DNA of 64,000 bases. Source: Trichoplax adhaerens. Lineage: Eukaryota > Animalia > Placozoa. Of the stretch, positions 41,606-54,304 are shown in pieces (position 1 is the first letter of the stretch; each line of letters begins with the position of its first letter). The position numbers and the translations under genes were made by a program. The stretch is from NCBI RefSeq assembly GCF_000150275.1, contig NW_002060944.1:4096123-4160122 (forward strand). Direction: 5' to 3'. The notes beneath the pieces are model-generated. The model was not told where the DNA came from. It did not search any database and saw nothing but the letters and a program-made list of their open reading frames with translations.

Positions 41606-44460
41606 ATGAACTCTTCTTCTCAAAATTTGAACTTACCATTTGCTTTAAATGAGCGCCCTAGAGGCGGCTCAAGATCATCATCAACTGCTAGTGCTGATAT
41701 CAGCAGTAATGGAATTAAGCATAGATCCAGGAAACACGCTGCTAAGGTATTACATTATTTCAATAAATTGCGACGTAAAGGTCAGTTGTGTGATGTAACA
41801 TTGGTCGTTGAAAGTAAAAGATTCTACTGCCATCGTGGTATTCTAGCGGCTTGTAGCCCTTATTTTCGTGCCGTATTTAACGAAAATTCATCAATAAATC
41901 CTGAAGAAGAAATTTGCATTCAGGATGCGGACGAAGAATCAGTTGAAGCTATCCTTGATTATATGTATACGGCAAATATTATAATTAACGAAAATAACGC
42001 ACATATTCTATTTCCTATTGCTAGTCTAATGCAACTGGATGAAATATTGGATACTTGCTCTCAATTTTTAAGGGATCAGCTAACTCTTTCCAACTGTTTA
42101 AGTGTACGAACTTATGCTGATGATCATTCGTCTCAAGACTTATATCAAACCGCAACAGCTTATATTCAAGAAAATTTTACTGAGATTGTACTACAAACTG
42201 AATTTTTGGCATTATCCATAACACAATTAGTGGCAATCTTAAGATCAGGTAATCTTAATGTTCCGAACGAAGAATTTATTTACCAAGCAATTATCGATTG
42301 GGCAAGGTATGATATTAAGCAAAGGCGAGATCAGTTACATCAGGCTTTACAGCATGTTCGTTTATCCTCGCTTAATCCTCGATATCTAGTTACCGTTGTA
42401 AGTCAAGAACCACTAATTAGATGTGATGAAAAATGTCGTGATTTAGTAGATCAAGCAAAAAATATCCTACTTTTACCAGAGGCGATTGCGAATAGAGCTA
42501 ACACTACCACCGTTAGAATTCATCAATCAAAGCAACCTCCTGTTACTAACATGAATGGAGCCAGCACTACTATGATTTACGTTGTAGGTGGTTGGAGCCA
42601 TGGAAAAGCTGATAATACTGTTGAAGTTTGCCATGCATGCTATGGAAACTGGAAAGTAGTTTCTAAAATGAATAAACCGCGATATGGAGTTGGTGTAGCA
42701 GTCTTGGAAGATAGTATCTTTGCTATTGGAGGTCATGGTAAGTTTCTTGATATCAGATCTTCGTATCTATTCTTTGCTAAGTTAAACTTATCATCCAAAA
42801 TCTCCATCACAGATTGTACAAGAGCTACTATGTAGGATAAATTACCTCATTCTTCATTAACAGATTGATCTATCCCTGTATTAACTTGTGTAGAAATACT
42901 AAGTTAGTTAAAAAAAAGAAAAATAAATAGTATTGCAATCAATTTTTTAACATTCACATCACCAACCTTGCGTACTATCGATCCTGTCATTCAATTACTA
43001 TGTATATAAACACTAATTTAAAAGCGTACGACAAAGTAAGTCAGAGGTACGATTACTGCATATATAATTTGTCTAATTCTTTGAACTACTATAATACTTT
43101 TTACATCACGTAGATGGTAAAAATTATTTAGACACTGTGGAACAATTTAATCCGAAAACAAAGTATTGGTCTCTAGACATTGCGACGACTCGCACTTGCC
43201 ATACCAGTCATGGCGTTGCTACTGTAAATAACTGTATTTACGCCATTGGAGGCCAAGATGGCGTTTCCAGTTTAAATCTAGTCGAACGTTATGATCCTCA
43301 TCACAATGAGTGGTATTCTGTTGTACCCATGAAATCTCGTCGATTAGGGCTTGCAACGGCTGTAGTAAATAATTGTATTTATGCTGCAGGTGGATTTGAT
43401 GGTACTGCGATTCTTTCAACAGTTGAACGGTTAGATCCTAGAGAGAATCAATGGGTAGCAATATCGCCCATGAATAAAAGAAGAAAGCATCATGGAGCAA
43501 CGGTTATCAACGGTAAGTGTAGTTTTACTGCTATCGATACCATTTTAGTATCTACAAACGCAAAATGAAATCTACTAAAATATTTATGCTAATAATGATA
43601 TGGTAATAATAGATACAGCTAAGGATTAGCTGCTTTTTTTATTAAACTTTTAACCAAATAGCGCCGTCTACATTAAATTGTAGCCATGTAAAGGTTAATA
43701 TCTTAATTAAACTTTCATACCAATCGTACAATCTTCATTGAATAGCAACTATCCACTTAATTTTTCTTCTAAGGGGGATTAATGTAACATCCATTTTAAA
43801 AGTCTAATAAATGAAGTCTTCTATTCCTATTCATATAACAGAAGAAGTTGAAATAAATGCTTTAGTAGACATTGTCATTACATTAGAAACTTTCACGATA
43901 TAATATGATATTGAAATAGACAACGGCAGAAGTAGATATCTTGGATAGGCTGGATAGCTAGCGTCAATTAAATGATTAATAGCTGAATTGAATAACTATT
44001 CATTTACCCTATCATTGCGGTTGTTTTGACCTAAATTAAAGTATGATTGATTTGTCATAATATTCTTCATGAATAGCTTACAGTTGTAGTCAATAATTTA
44101 GGTATAAATTATAGAAATTTGACTTGTTCTTTAAAATCTCAGAATCAAGTCAAATATTATTAAATTCTAGGAATATTGCATGTCGCTGGTGGACGAGATG
44201 ACTCTAAAGAACTTAAAACTGTAGAATATTACGATAGCAGAAATAACACCTGGATTCCAACCACGTCTATGACTACGTTACGTAGTGGAATGATCCTGAC
44301 TGCATTCAATGACCAATTAGCTGTAATTGGCGGCTTTGATGGTGTAGATTACTTGAAAAGTGTAGAGATACTTGATAGGGAATTAGAGGAGTGGAAATAT
44401 TGTTCAGGAATGAATCATTCGCGCTTAGGAGCTGGTGTTGCCGTGTTAGAGTCGCCTTGA
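41606..44460 (+). CDS. Kelch-like BTB-BACK-Kelch protein (CUL3 adaptor), KLHL20/diablo-like, 3 exons
   Basis: Exons 41606-42737, 43114-43512, 44171-44460. BTB (LCDVTLVV..HRGILAACSPYFRAVF), BACK (NCL..EFLAL..EE.IY..W), a KLHL20-like linker (EPLIRCDEKCRDLVDQAKNILLLP) and six GG-containing Kelch repeats. Confidence 0.92.
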
Positions 44461-47400
44461 CTCCTTTCGACTGAACTATTTGTTTATGGGAAAGTCCAGC
44501 TAGCGAGCTGATTTTTGAAGCCTTTCTGTCTAATAGCTTTGTAACAACAAAATTCAAACCTCTAAGCGTTAATTCATTAATATTCTAGCGTTCATTTATT
44601 AATCCAAAAAAATAGGTTAATGATTCGCTTTCTAGTGCAGAAAAATACAAATTTTAATGTATTACAAATATAATCAGAACGTAGTAATACTTGAATTTTA
44701 ACAACGCCTCATATAATTTGGCAAAATGGCATAATTTAGGTCAATCAAACGGTCAATTTTGCTCTAATTGGTGTTTCAATAGTGTAAATTACTTAAAAAT
44801 TGTGGAGATCAGAGTACTGCATAATACTCCCCAAGGTGACCACCTTTCTGTACACAAATTAGGAAAGTAGATCAAAAATGGAAGCTGGTATTATGGCATT
44901 GAAATCACTTCAATTACCTGTTCGTTTTTGCACTGGATGGCCTCTAGAACAGCAAGCTCATTGTTAACTTTCTGTCATCTTTTCTTTAGTAAATGAATAC
45001 AAACTAATCTAATCTTAAACTTTAGCTATCCCATTAATTTATTATGGACTTCCGATATTAAATAATCATTGTCTATTCTCATAGAGAAATGTGCTAACAA
45101 GAATAACTGTTAATAATATAAATATCCCCAATTTCTTTTTGTATAATATTCCAATCGATCATTGTAAAAGTCCTCCTATTCTGAATATTACTATAGCAAG
45201 GATTATCTAGTAAACTCTCTTAAATAGATTGACAATATCATCACTATTGATCTTCTGCAAGTAACATTATAGTTTCAACCATAGTAGTTAGACGAAAAGA
45301 ATATTGATAGCTTAGTAAGCTTAAGACTTCTCTACGTGCTGCTTCTAATGATTTATGCAACACAGTCTATCGATAATACTGCTAATAGTCATAAGGAAGT
45401 TCTATAATTTCATCTATTCGTATAGTTGTTATTAATGCTTGTTAGGCTTTTCGTTCATGCTATCATAGAAATTTGACGTCATATGAAGAGAAAGAGATTA
45501 TAGGAAATTGACAAGGATAAATATTATTCATGCGTGCCAAAAAGTAATACTTATGAATTAAATAATCTATCAAAAGCGATGATAAACTTACTATTAAAAA
45601 GAATCAGATAATTTTCATGGAAGATTAGTTCTCAATCCTATAATGTAATATTAAATCGCATCTAAACTGGAAAGTTTTTGAAGAATTCCAATATCACAAC
45701 AAAGCTTGTCACAATATCAAAATGATACTTAGAATCTCATATGTCAAGTGTAAAGCATTGATGTAAGCTAGGAAATATTATTCGTAATTTCATCTAGATA
45801 ACTAGATATTAAGAATAATATCTCCTAACTTACATAAATGAGCTATTTCTAATTAGAAGTATAGGATATTTAAAAGCTGCTGTATTTACTGAGAATAGTT
45901 ATAAAATTAGTTAATACATGACATCGCTGAATTTAAAACGCTCATCAGAAGCAAAATTTATTAACATTACGTATTAAATATACTAATAGGATAATATTTC
46001 ATCACATATATCTATTAAGTTAACTTAATGAAGAATTCTGTAGATGATTGGGATCCACCGTCTTCCGTATTAATTTATACGCTTGATTGAGCAATAAGAT
46101 TTTAATTATAAACTAATACTAAGTCACACATTATTTTGAACATCTACTATTATAGCAGAAGAAATTTCTTTCGCTAAAATCGCTTATCTATTCATTTAGG
46201 GTTAAAAGTTAAGACAATTGTTTCAATCACTTCCATTCAGGATCAATGATTGACTAATTACAGCAACTCTAAATAAGGACTGCTTATCATGTCAGTAAAC
46301 ATATGCTTTCATTTATTAATTGTAAGTTACTTTAATGCAAGATAGAGGATGATTTCTTTTGCGGTTGATATATAGATCAATTTATACTAGGCTCAAGCTT
46401 ATTTAAATAAGGATAGCATAGTAAGCTGGTTAAAAAACAACTTCAGTCCTCTTTAATATACGCGTATTTGTGGTTGAAATGAAAGGAGATGTTTTAGCGT
46501 AATTACGGCAGCTGTAGATTGATCACTGTCAAACTAGCTTACTACTATTAATAATAAGCTTATTTTTATATAGAGTTTAAGAATGATGGCTGTTATTTTT
46601 CACCTTTATAAATATTATAAAGGATAGGAGTACTTAACTGTCAATTTGGATCCCAAAAATGTTAATTTCACTATAAAATTAAAATGAGAACATGGCTTCT
46701 CTTGTAATCTCTTTATTGCAGTGGGCTTTTAAGTCCACTCTCAGTGATAAAAGTTATTACAGTATTATAAGGTTAAAGATTGTCCATGAATAAACCTGTA
46801 AATGATTCTTATATCAATTTTAATACCTAGATTAAAATGCTTATTTACTAAAAAATTATGCTTCGCCATCGAACTAATACCCTTAATTAACGTAGAATAA
46901 GCAATAACATAAAGATATGTAAATTGAATGAGCTCTCGTTCATTATTAGAGTCAGATGAAATGTTGTTTCTATTCCATTGGTGTATTAATAAGATACATT
47001 AAGATGAGAATATCTTGCCATCCTAATCGAATATGCTCTGACTTACTACCGTATGCTGATCTTGTAGGGCTAGGAAAAAATAGATATTTCTATCACGCTA
47101 GTGCGCTAATGAAAATGTACGCGTACTTATGTCAACGATAAATAAAGGATCTTTCACTACGCTAAATAATATAAATCTCCTTTGTTAACTTAGTCTTCTA
47201 CAGAGTTTGTGAGCAATTGTTTTCAACTAGTTAGTTGCCAAATGGTGCTATTAGATAGATTATAGACAAATACTTTTTAGTAGGCTTGCCAAGCAAAGGT
47301 TAAAGATATATATAATACATAAAATACAGACAACTCAAGCATGGCAATGCGTTTTTTTTAATCCTGGAGTGTAAGCATATAACACAGTATCACGAAACAG

Positions 47401-50400
47401 CTTCGTAATAAGGGCTAGGTAACAGCAAGTCTCTAAAATTCTAAAATCTCCAGGATCGGGTATCCCTTAGCTTCTTACGAGAAATTAGACGCCTTTGCTT
47501 CTACGTGATACGACTAGAGAATTAATTTTATTTAATTGCATACCAAGATTATATACCGTACTCTTCAGTAACAGCTAAAATTGATGGATCATCTTAATAT
47601 TCTAACAGCTAATTCATGTTCGATAACCAAATTAATACAGAAATATTCATATTAGCCATAAATCTTTACTGACTAATTCTAGATATAATGGGTTATCATC
47701 AGGATTGCATTCACAGAAAGTAGTACTGTAATCCGTGAATGTCAATTACTATATGAGAATTCTTATTACAGTATAGTATATAATTAACTGTAACAAGGTA
47801 TAACCATGGTGATTCCCATCCAGTAATTCATCATAATCACCATATAAAAATGTTAAATTCACCAAATTTAGTCATCTAATTCTCCATGGTATTTCATACC
47901 GTGACAAACAGTTATATGTCAAATAGAAAATACGTATGAAGTCGTATTTATTAAAGCTATATTGATTATGCTCAATCAAGCAGAAATGCTTGGCTACTAT
48001 ATGAACCCGTAAACAATTCAATATTTTGTTGAATATTAGACTTAGCTCTAATGTCATTAAACGTTATTAACATTCATATCACGGAATTAGTCGCTGCTGT
48101 AACAACTAACAGACAGATATTTATATCAGAATGAAATAGCATCATCTATCAGACATCTTCAATAAAAAAATCTCAGATTATTGTAAATATAGTTTAAATA
48201 ATTTATTGGACATTAGCAACTAAGATCATATTTGTGAAAGCGATTTATCAATTTCATTCTTATCATTTCGTCTATGACTGACAGTAAGAAATATTAGCGA
48301 TTCTTCCTTCATATAAGTCTTTGTCTATTCAATACTAATATATACTATCAGATAGCATTTCCTATTTATAAGGGCCACAATGTTATTTTAACATAATAGG
48401 TATCAAAGTACAATCTAAAATATTTTCTTGTCAAATTTCATCAATTATTTTAAATCAGGGATACACGTATATCCAATAACGTAGCCATAGTTTAGCATAA
48501 CATATTGTCCACGAAACATCGATAAATCTCACCAAAGCTAAACCTGTCTCTGATAGAACCATAGTATCACTATATCCGCCTTTTGATCAACAAATGTTCT
48601 ATTGCATATATTCTTTAACAGAAAAAAATCAAATTAAATATTTTTATCCAGTATTACAGATCTCTCGATCATAAAACAACGTAGTCATATATAATTGGAG
48701 AATTTCTCTACAGATAAATGTATACAATTACAATTTCATTTTAAATCTTTAGCCTTATTCAATTCAATTTTGCTTGACATGTACAATCTTCCAATTTACT
48801 TTTTATTCAAGTATTGCATAGACGTCAGCATTGAACTACAGATTTACCTGATCGAGGATTATAATATTGATGTAAAATAAAACCTCTTGCGATGCTACTA
48901 TCTATTGACGTGCAAGCATATAAAAATAGACAGAAGTAAAAAAGTAGGCTCGTTCATGCTTTTAATAAAGAATGAATTTGTCGTAATATACTGTAGTATA
49001 AATTAAACATTATAAAATGATCTTTAATACTGGTTATAATTATTGATGTTCATGACACATAGGATACTACACTATCCCATAATTATTACAAAATAGCTAG
49101 TTTATAATTTTCTATCTAGCTTATAAATATTAGACGAAATCTATCCGCACACAATAGCTTTCAATTCATAAAATAACTAAAATTCAATAACCTCATCAAC
49201 TTCATTTGCCCATCCTACGCTATTGACCGGATATATTGAACTAATTGTTCGATATAACCATGACTACCTATTCTATTCGGTACTGAAGTAAGATACCAAG
49301 TTGCCACATAATTTCATATTCGATTGTAATCAACTATGGATCTTCACATCTGCCCATTATATTCTTCAATCGTCCAATCACGAAATTAACCTTATTTGCT
49401 GGCAAAGTATTCATGCTAGGAAGTTACACTTTTTTTAGCGATTAGTCCAATTTAATATTATGTAAAATTGGCACTTGAGATCTTAAAGTATTTCTAGAAA
49501 TGAAATTTTCTTGCTAGAATTGTTATTAAAAATTATGACACAACAAAAACAATAGATGGTCAATTTCTAGAAATGGATTTCATTATTGCCTCCAAACACA
49601 ATTACGTTGTAATCATTTGGTACAAAATTAGACCTTAAAATAGCTTAAACTTGACTAAATTAATTTAAAGAATCGCCACCCATACAAATTATTACTTTAG
49701 ACGCTATTTATACAAGAAATAGTTGCCGTCTTCTTCATAAAAAAATGGATATCGCGATTTTGTATTGAAAAATTATTTAATCAATTTCTAATTTGCGTAT
49801 GAATCCCCAAAACCAATTGTACGATCATCAAAATAATATCTTTCCAGCGGCTTTAACTTGGGCTATTAATTAACTTAATAATAACTTTGATCCATCTCAA
49901 TTACAAGAAAGAGCCGATGAAGATTGTGTCAGTAAGGTTTGAGTATTGTGTGACGATTATTGTATTACAATTATCAATTTCGTTTTTACTATCTGCGGCT
50001 TAATCTTGTTTTTAAGTTTAATTATAGTATCGAGCTTAAGGGATAGTGGGTTTTATTATCGAATTAAACCAGTACTATAACAGTATACATAATCAATGTG
50101 TAAAGCAAACATATAAATAAAAGTTTAATTAGATATCAATTTATTTCGATAAATATGAATCCAGTTGTAAAATTATCTGCTACTTTTCCTGTATAAAATT
50201 ACATCATTAGCAGACATTTTATCGACTAAATCAATCGCATAGCGCTGTGCGACTCGTTTAATCTAAACGGTTGTTTGCCAATAGAGATCTTATGTAGATC
50301 AGACAAGGGTTATAAAATATAAACTGTACAGATTATATATAATGATTGGTTTATCTAAAAATTACTTCTCCTATGAATAATATTATGACAATTCCTTGAT

Positions 50401-52449
50401 TTTCGTTCACTTACTTTACTCCCACGACACTTTGTTAACATTCTGTTAACGATTTTGTACTTTAACATCGATATCAGATACGAATTTATGTCATGAAAAT
50501 GCGACCGGCATGCTTGTTCTACTATATAAGCTTAAGCAGTAATATAATTTGCATTTAGTTTACTTAGTTATTCAGTTTTTTCATCGATGCAATTTATCGT
50601 AATTATTTAATTAAATATCAACCAGTATTATCGGTTAATGTTGGTCTTCTACAAGTAAATATACTACAATCAGTTTCTTTTCCATCCTGAATAGTAATCT
50701 GAGCCAATATTTATGTGTTAGGTAAAAATTAGACGGAAAAGTCATGACTAGAAGCTGGTTTGATAAAAGTTTCTATAATCCATTATTAGCTACCGTATTC
50801 AATATGGGCTGTAAGAAATACTATTTTAAGTGAGTCGATCGCTAGGGTTGTCAGTTTTTCAAAATCTTGAACCGAGCATTTTTCCAGTACTTGCTTTAAC
50901 TTCTATATTCTAAACATACCTAATTGAAAGTGCCAATCTATTGACGAAATCTCTTATCGCACTGTGATGAATAATAATTTTGATAAATTGACTTTAAGAG
51001 GAAATTTTAAGACACATTACGGAGTCTTCTCAATCCTAAGCGTAACGTTTTGTCAATTTTCTAATTATGATGACGTTCATGGGAAGATTTCGTAAAATTT
51101 CAATGTGTTCACTAACCCCATAGTGACTTTTACATTGTTATTATTAAATTTAGGTACTAATATTGAAGGAAAATGTTGATTCTATATTGCAATAATTCAG
51201 AATCACAGTTAATATAAAATAAAAACAAAATTTATGACCTACGATAATATAGTTTTATCAACTGATTTCTAATATTACACCATTATTTTAGTAAGAGTAC
51301 CGTAGTTTAATACTTTATTGTATTTACTATCAGCATAATTCCATTTCAGAAGTGTGCGTAACATGTACCATATATCATAATTAATACTGAATAGGGTTTA
51401 AAGTGAACGTGCGCAATTTTCCATTTATTTCTGAAATAGAATACAAACAATTTAGTATCTTTATTTGTGTACAAAGATAACGAGTTTTTATATACAGTTT
51501 GACGGCAATAAATAGGTTAAACCAGTTTACTATTGATCAGAAGTTACCGCAGCGTAGGGTGGAGTACATCGCTCGATGCGAATACCATTATCAAATAGAA
51601 AGAATTTTTGCATTTAATAAACATTCATACAGACAATTTTATCTAAATTGAGTCTTCTAAAGAAATAATCCATTTTATGTAGCATCATTTAAAGATCTTT
51701 GATTTCTACTTCATGGCATAGATTGATTCGCGAAAGGTCACTAATAGAGGTACTGCATAAATACTCCATAATCGTTCGGCTATTTCCAACGTCACTAAGA
51801 TTATAAACTGACAATTCGAAAAATATTTTAATACCTATGATGGTTATAGCTTACTTTGCTACGCAATCAGTTGATTATTAAGAATAATTAGCCTTTCATT
51901 AATCGACATGTCGCATTTGAAAGATGTAAGATCGCCACAAGCTATTAATCAATATTATTTTATTAGTAATTTTGACACCTTCAAAGTACATTTTTCTATT
52001 TGATGAAGCGACTACTGAAACAAGTTCTTATAAAGTTATAGAATCATAAAGGATAAAAGTCGTAATGTGATTATGAATAGGGAAGTACAATTCTGATATT
52101 ATTGGTTAGTTCTTGATTTACGTCAAGGAGTCTTTCGAAGATAATACCATATTTGTTTCATAAGAACTTTATCATTTATCTTGTGTACATATGGCTGGTT
52201 CAAATTCTATTTGAATGGATGCTTGAACTTTAGATGGACGTGTTTGTCCGGTATAGAAATCTCCACCGTTATAGCTTTAATCCTATTAAAGTGTTGCAAA
52301 ATCTTCAACAGCTTCTCATTGATTCACTTTTATGAATTGTTATCGGTTAAGATATTTTAAAGCCCTAGCATTAGAATTAATTCATCTTTATTTTAGTATT
52401 TATTCCTAATTTTTCTATTTTCCTTCTAACTCTATCGTCTAGCTGTAAT

Positions 52450-54304
52450 ATGGAGGAGGATTCATCTATGAATGAACGCCTAAATTATTCACGTTTTACT
52501 AATTCAAAAAGAAGTTTGGGAGGCGCCTTCTTCATTTTACTATATATTACCATTATCGTTAGTAACTTTATCTGTGTCATTAAAATAATAAAGCAACATT
52601 ATAGAAGAAAGAAACGAACACTCGATATTTACAGTCAATATTCCTATGGTAAAGCTCATGCGTTTATTATCGTTTTATCATCATCTAATATTTTTTTTCC
52701 ATTAACATTATCGCCTATCATATTAGTACCCAATTTTATTGGTAGATGGATTGGTCATCATTCTGCTTGCTATGCTAGCACCTTTCTATTGGTGACATGG
52801 ACTAATATTAGCACGATTGTATCCCTTTTTATGGGTTTTGAACGTTATGTTGCGGTAAAAAAGCCATTTCAATATCAGCGTATCTTAACATGGTATAACT
52901 TTACATTAGCTAACGTATGTATGGTGATCTATTGCTTGATGATAGCCGGGCTTACTATTCGATTTGATATGACACGATTTTATGAACAAGTACCGTTATG
53001 CTATACATATTATAATTTATCTTCAAGAGAACAACAAGGAGTTTTAGCTACCAGCACCATTACACATAGCTTATGTTTCATTTTATTAACTCTGACAAGT
53101 ATACTAGTTTTACAAGAATTGCGGCAGATGCATCATCGCATATGTCAAGTTGCTTCTGTACAGGCTAATTCACGAGATGATCTGAATATACAGCGTTCTA
53201 GACTTATTAGCGTTGGGCGGAATCCAGTAGCTGCAACGCGAAAAACAGCTAAAGTTACAATTTTAGTAACGACAGTCCATTTAATTTCATGGCTTCCAGG
53301 CAGGGTAAGTAATTCTTAAACTTCTTCTATTTTAATCTGTTTGATACCAAAATTCCATTTTTACCTTTTACTAGCAGAATAGAATTATTAATTACTCTAT
53401 TGATATCAATTAGATATTAAATTTTTTATTTAATCTATTTTAGTGTCACAATTTTATTACTATTCGCTCTAGTTTCAACAAATTGGTATTAATCTTTTCT
53501 ATTTTCTAATGCTTAACATCATTTCACGCTATGCCCTTTCCATATCCAACGAATAGGAGCATTTTGTTTCCTATTTTTCACTAGTGGAAGCTGCCATTCA
53601 CACTATCTAGTAAATAAGCAGCGAAATATTGACTACAGAGTCGTTGTGTTTGCTATTTAGTATACACAAATGAGATTATTATTCGATGAGAGCAATTTGT
53701 TATGTAACGTCTTTGTGCCTCTTATTTGTGTTCATTACTTTAGTAATATGTTCATAGGCAATTTGACAGGAAGTCAGCACAGTACTTGAATAATGCAATA
53801 GAAATATGTTCGTAGACAATTTGACAGGACGTCAGCACAGTACTTGAATAATGCCTTAGCAGATTCTAATACGATTACGATTGTGTTAACACATAATCAA
53901 GAAGCTATAAAAAAATTTCTATTATCTCTACTGTTCTGTGTTAAAGTGAGGACTATTATAAGTTATTGTAGCTGAAAGATCACAAATTTCATCCTCTTTA
54001 TGTACCAAAGTTTGAAGTTATAAACCAAATGATAGTATTTTATCTTAAAAGATAGAACAACAATGAATGCTTACTACCGAAATGATTAAACTTTGTTTAA
54101 GAAATTTCATACTGACACTTACAAGATCTTATTTAATATTTGTAGATTGCGCAGTATTGGATGATTACTACAGGAACTATTCCTCCATCTGCTTGGAGAA
54201 TATCTATTTTACTTGCTCGAATAGCTGAAACAATCATTATTCCGTTAATCATCATTGTATCAAGAAAAAAAAATATTAGACGATATCTTAAAAGATTATT
54301 TTGA
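52450..54304 (+). CDS. Rhodopsin-class GPCR, prostanoid-receptor-like, 2 coding exons
   Basis: Exon 1 (52450-53304) covers TM1-TM6, with WIGHHSAC, MGFERYVAVKKPFQY and ISWLPGR|gtaagt. Exon 2 (54146-54304) supplies TM7 (AWRISILLARIAETIIIPLIIIV) and a short basic tail ending at TGA. A polypyrimidine/AG acceptor sits just upstream of the ATG (52441-52442). Confidence 0.85.
53745..53854. repeat. 58-bp-period tandem duplication in the intron of the first GPCR
   Basis: aatatgttc(a/g)tag(g/a)caatttgacagga(a/c)gtcagcacagtacttgaataatgc at 53745 and 53803. Confidence 0.9.

Noticed and set aside
38931-44557. Minus-strand ORFs overlapping ANKRD45-like and Kelch exons (also 12405-12596, 15290-15478, 29800-30069)
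   Set aside because: These are antisense shadows of real coding exons.
53745-53854. Direct repeats here, at 63361-63583 and at 25404-25500 considered as CRISPR-like arrays
   Set aside because: Only 2-3 copies, no unique equal-length spacers, no cas genes, and an intron-rich eukaryotic context.
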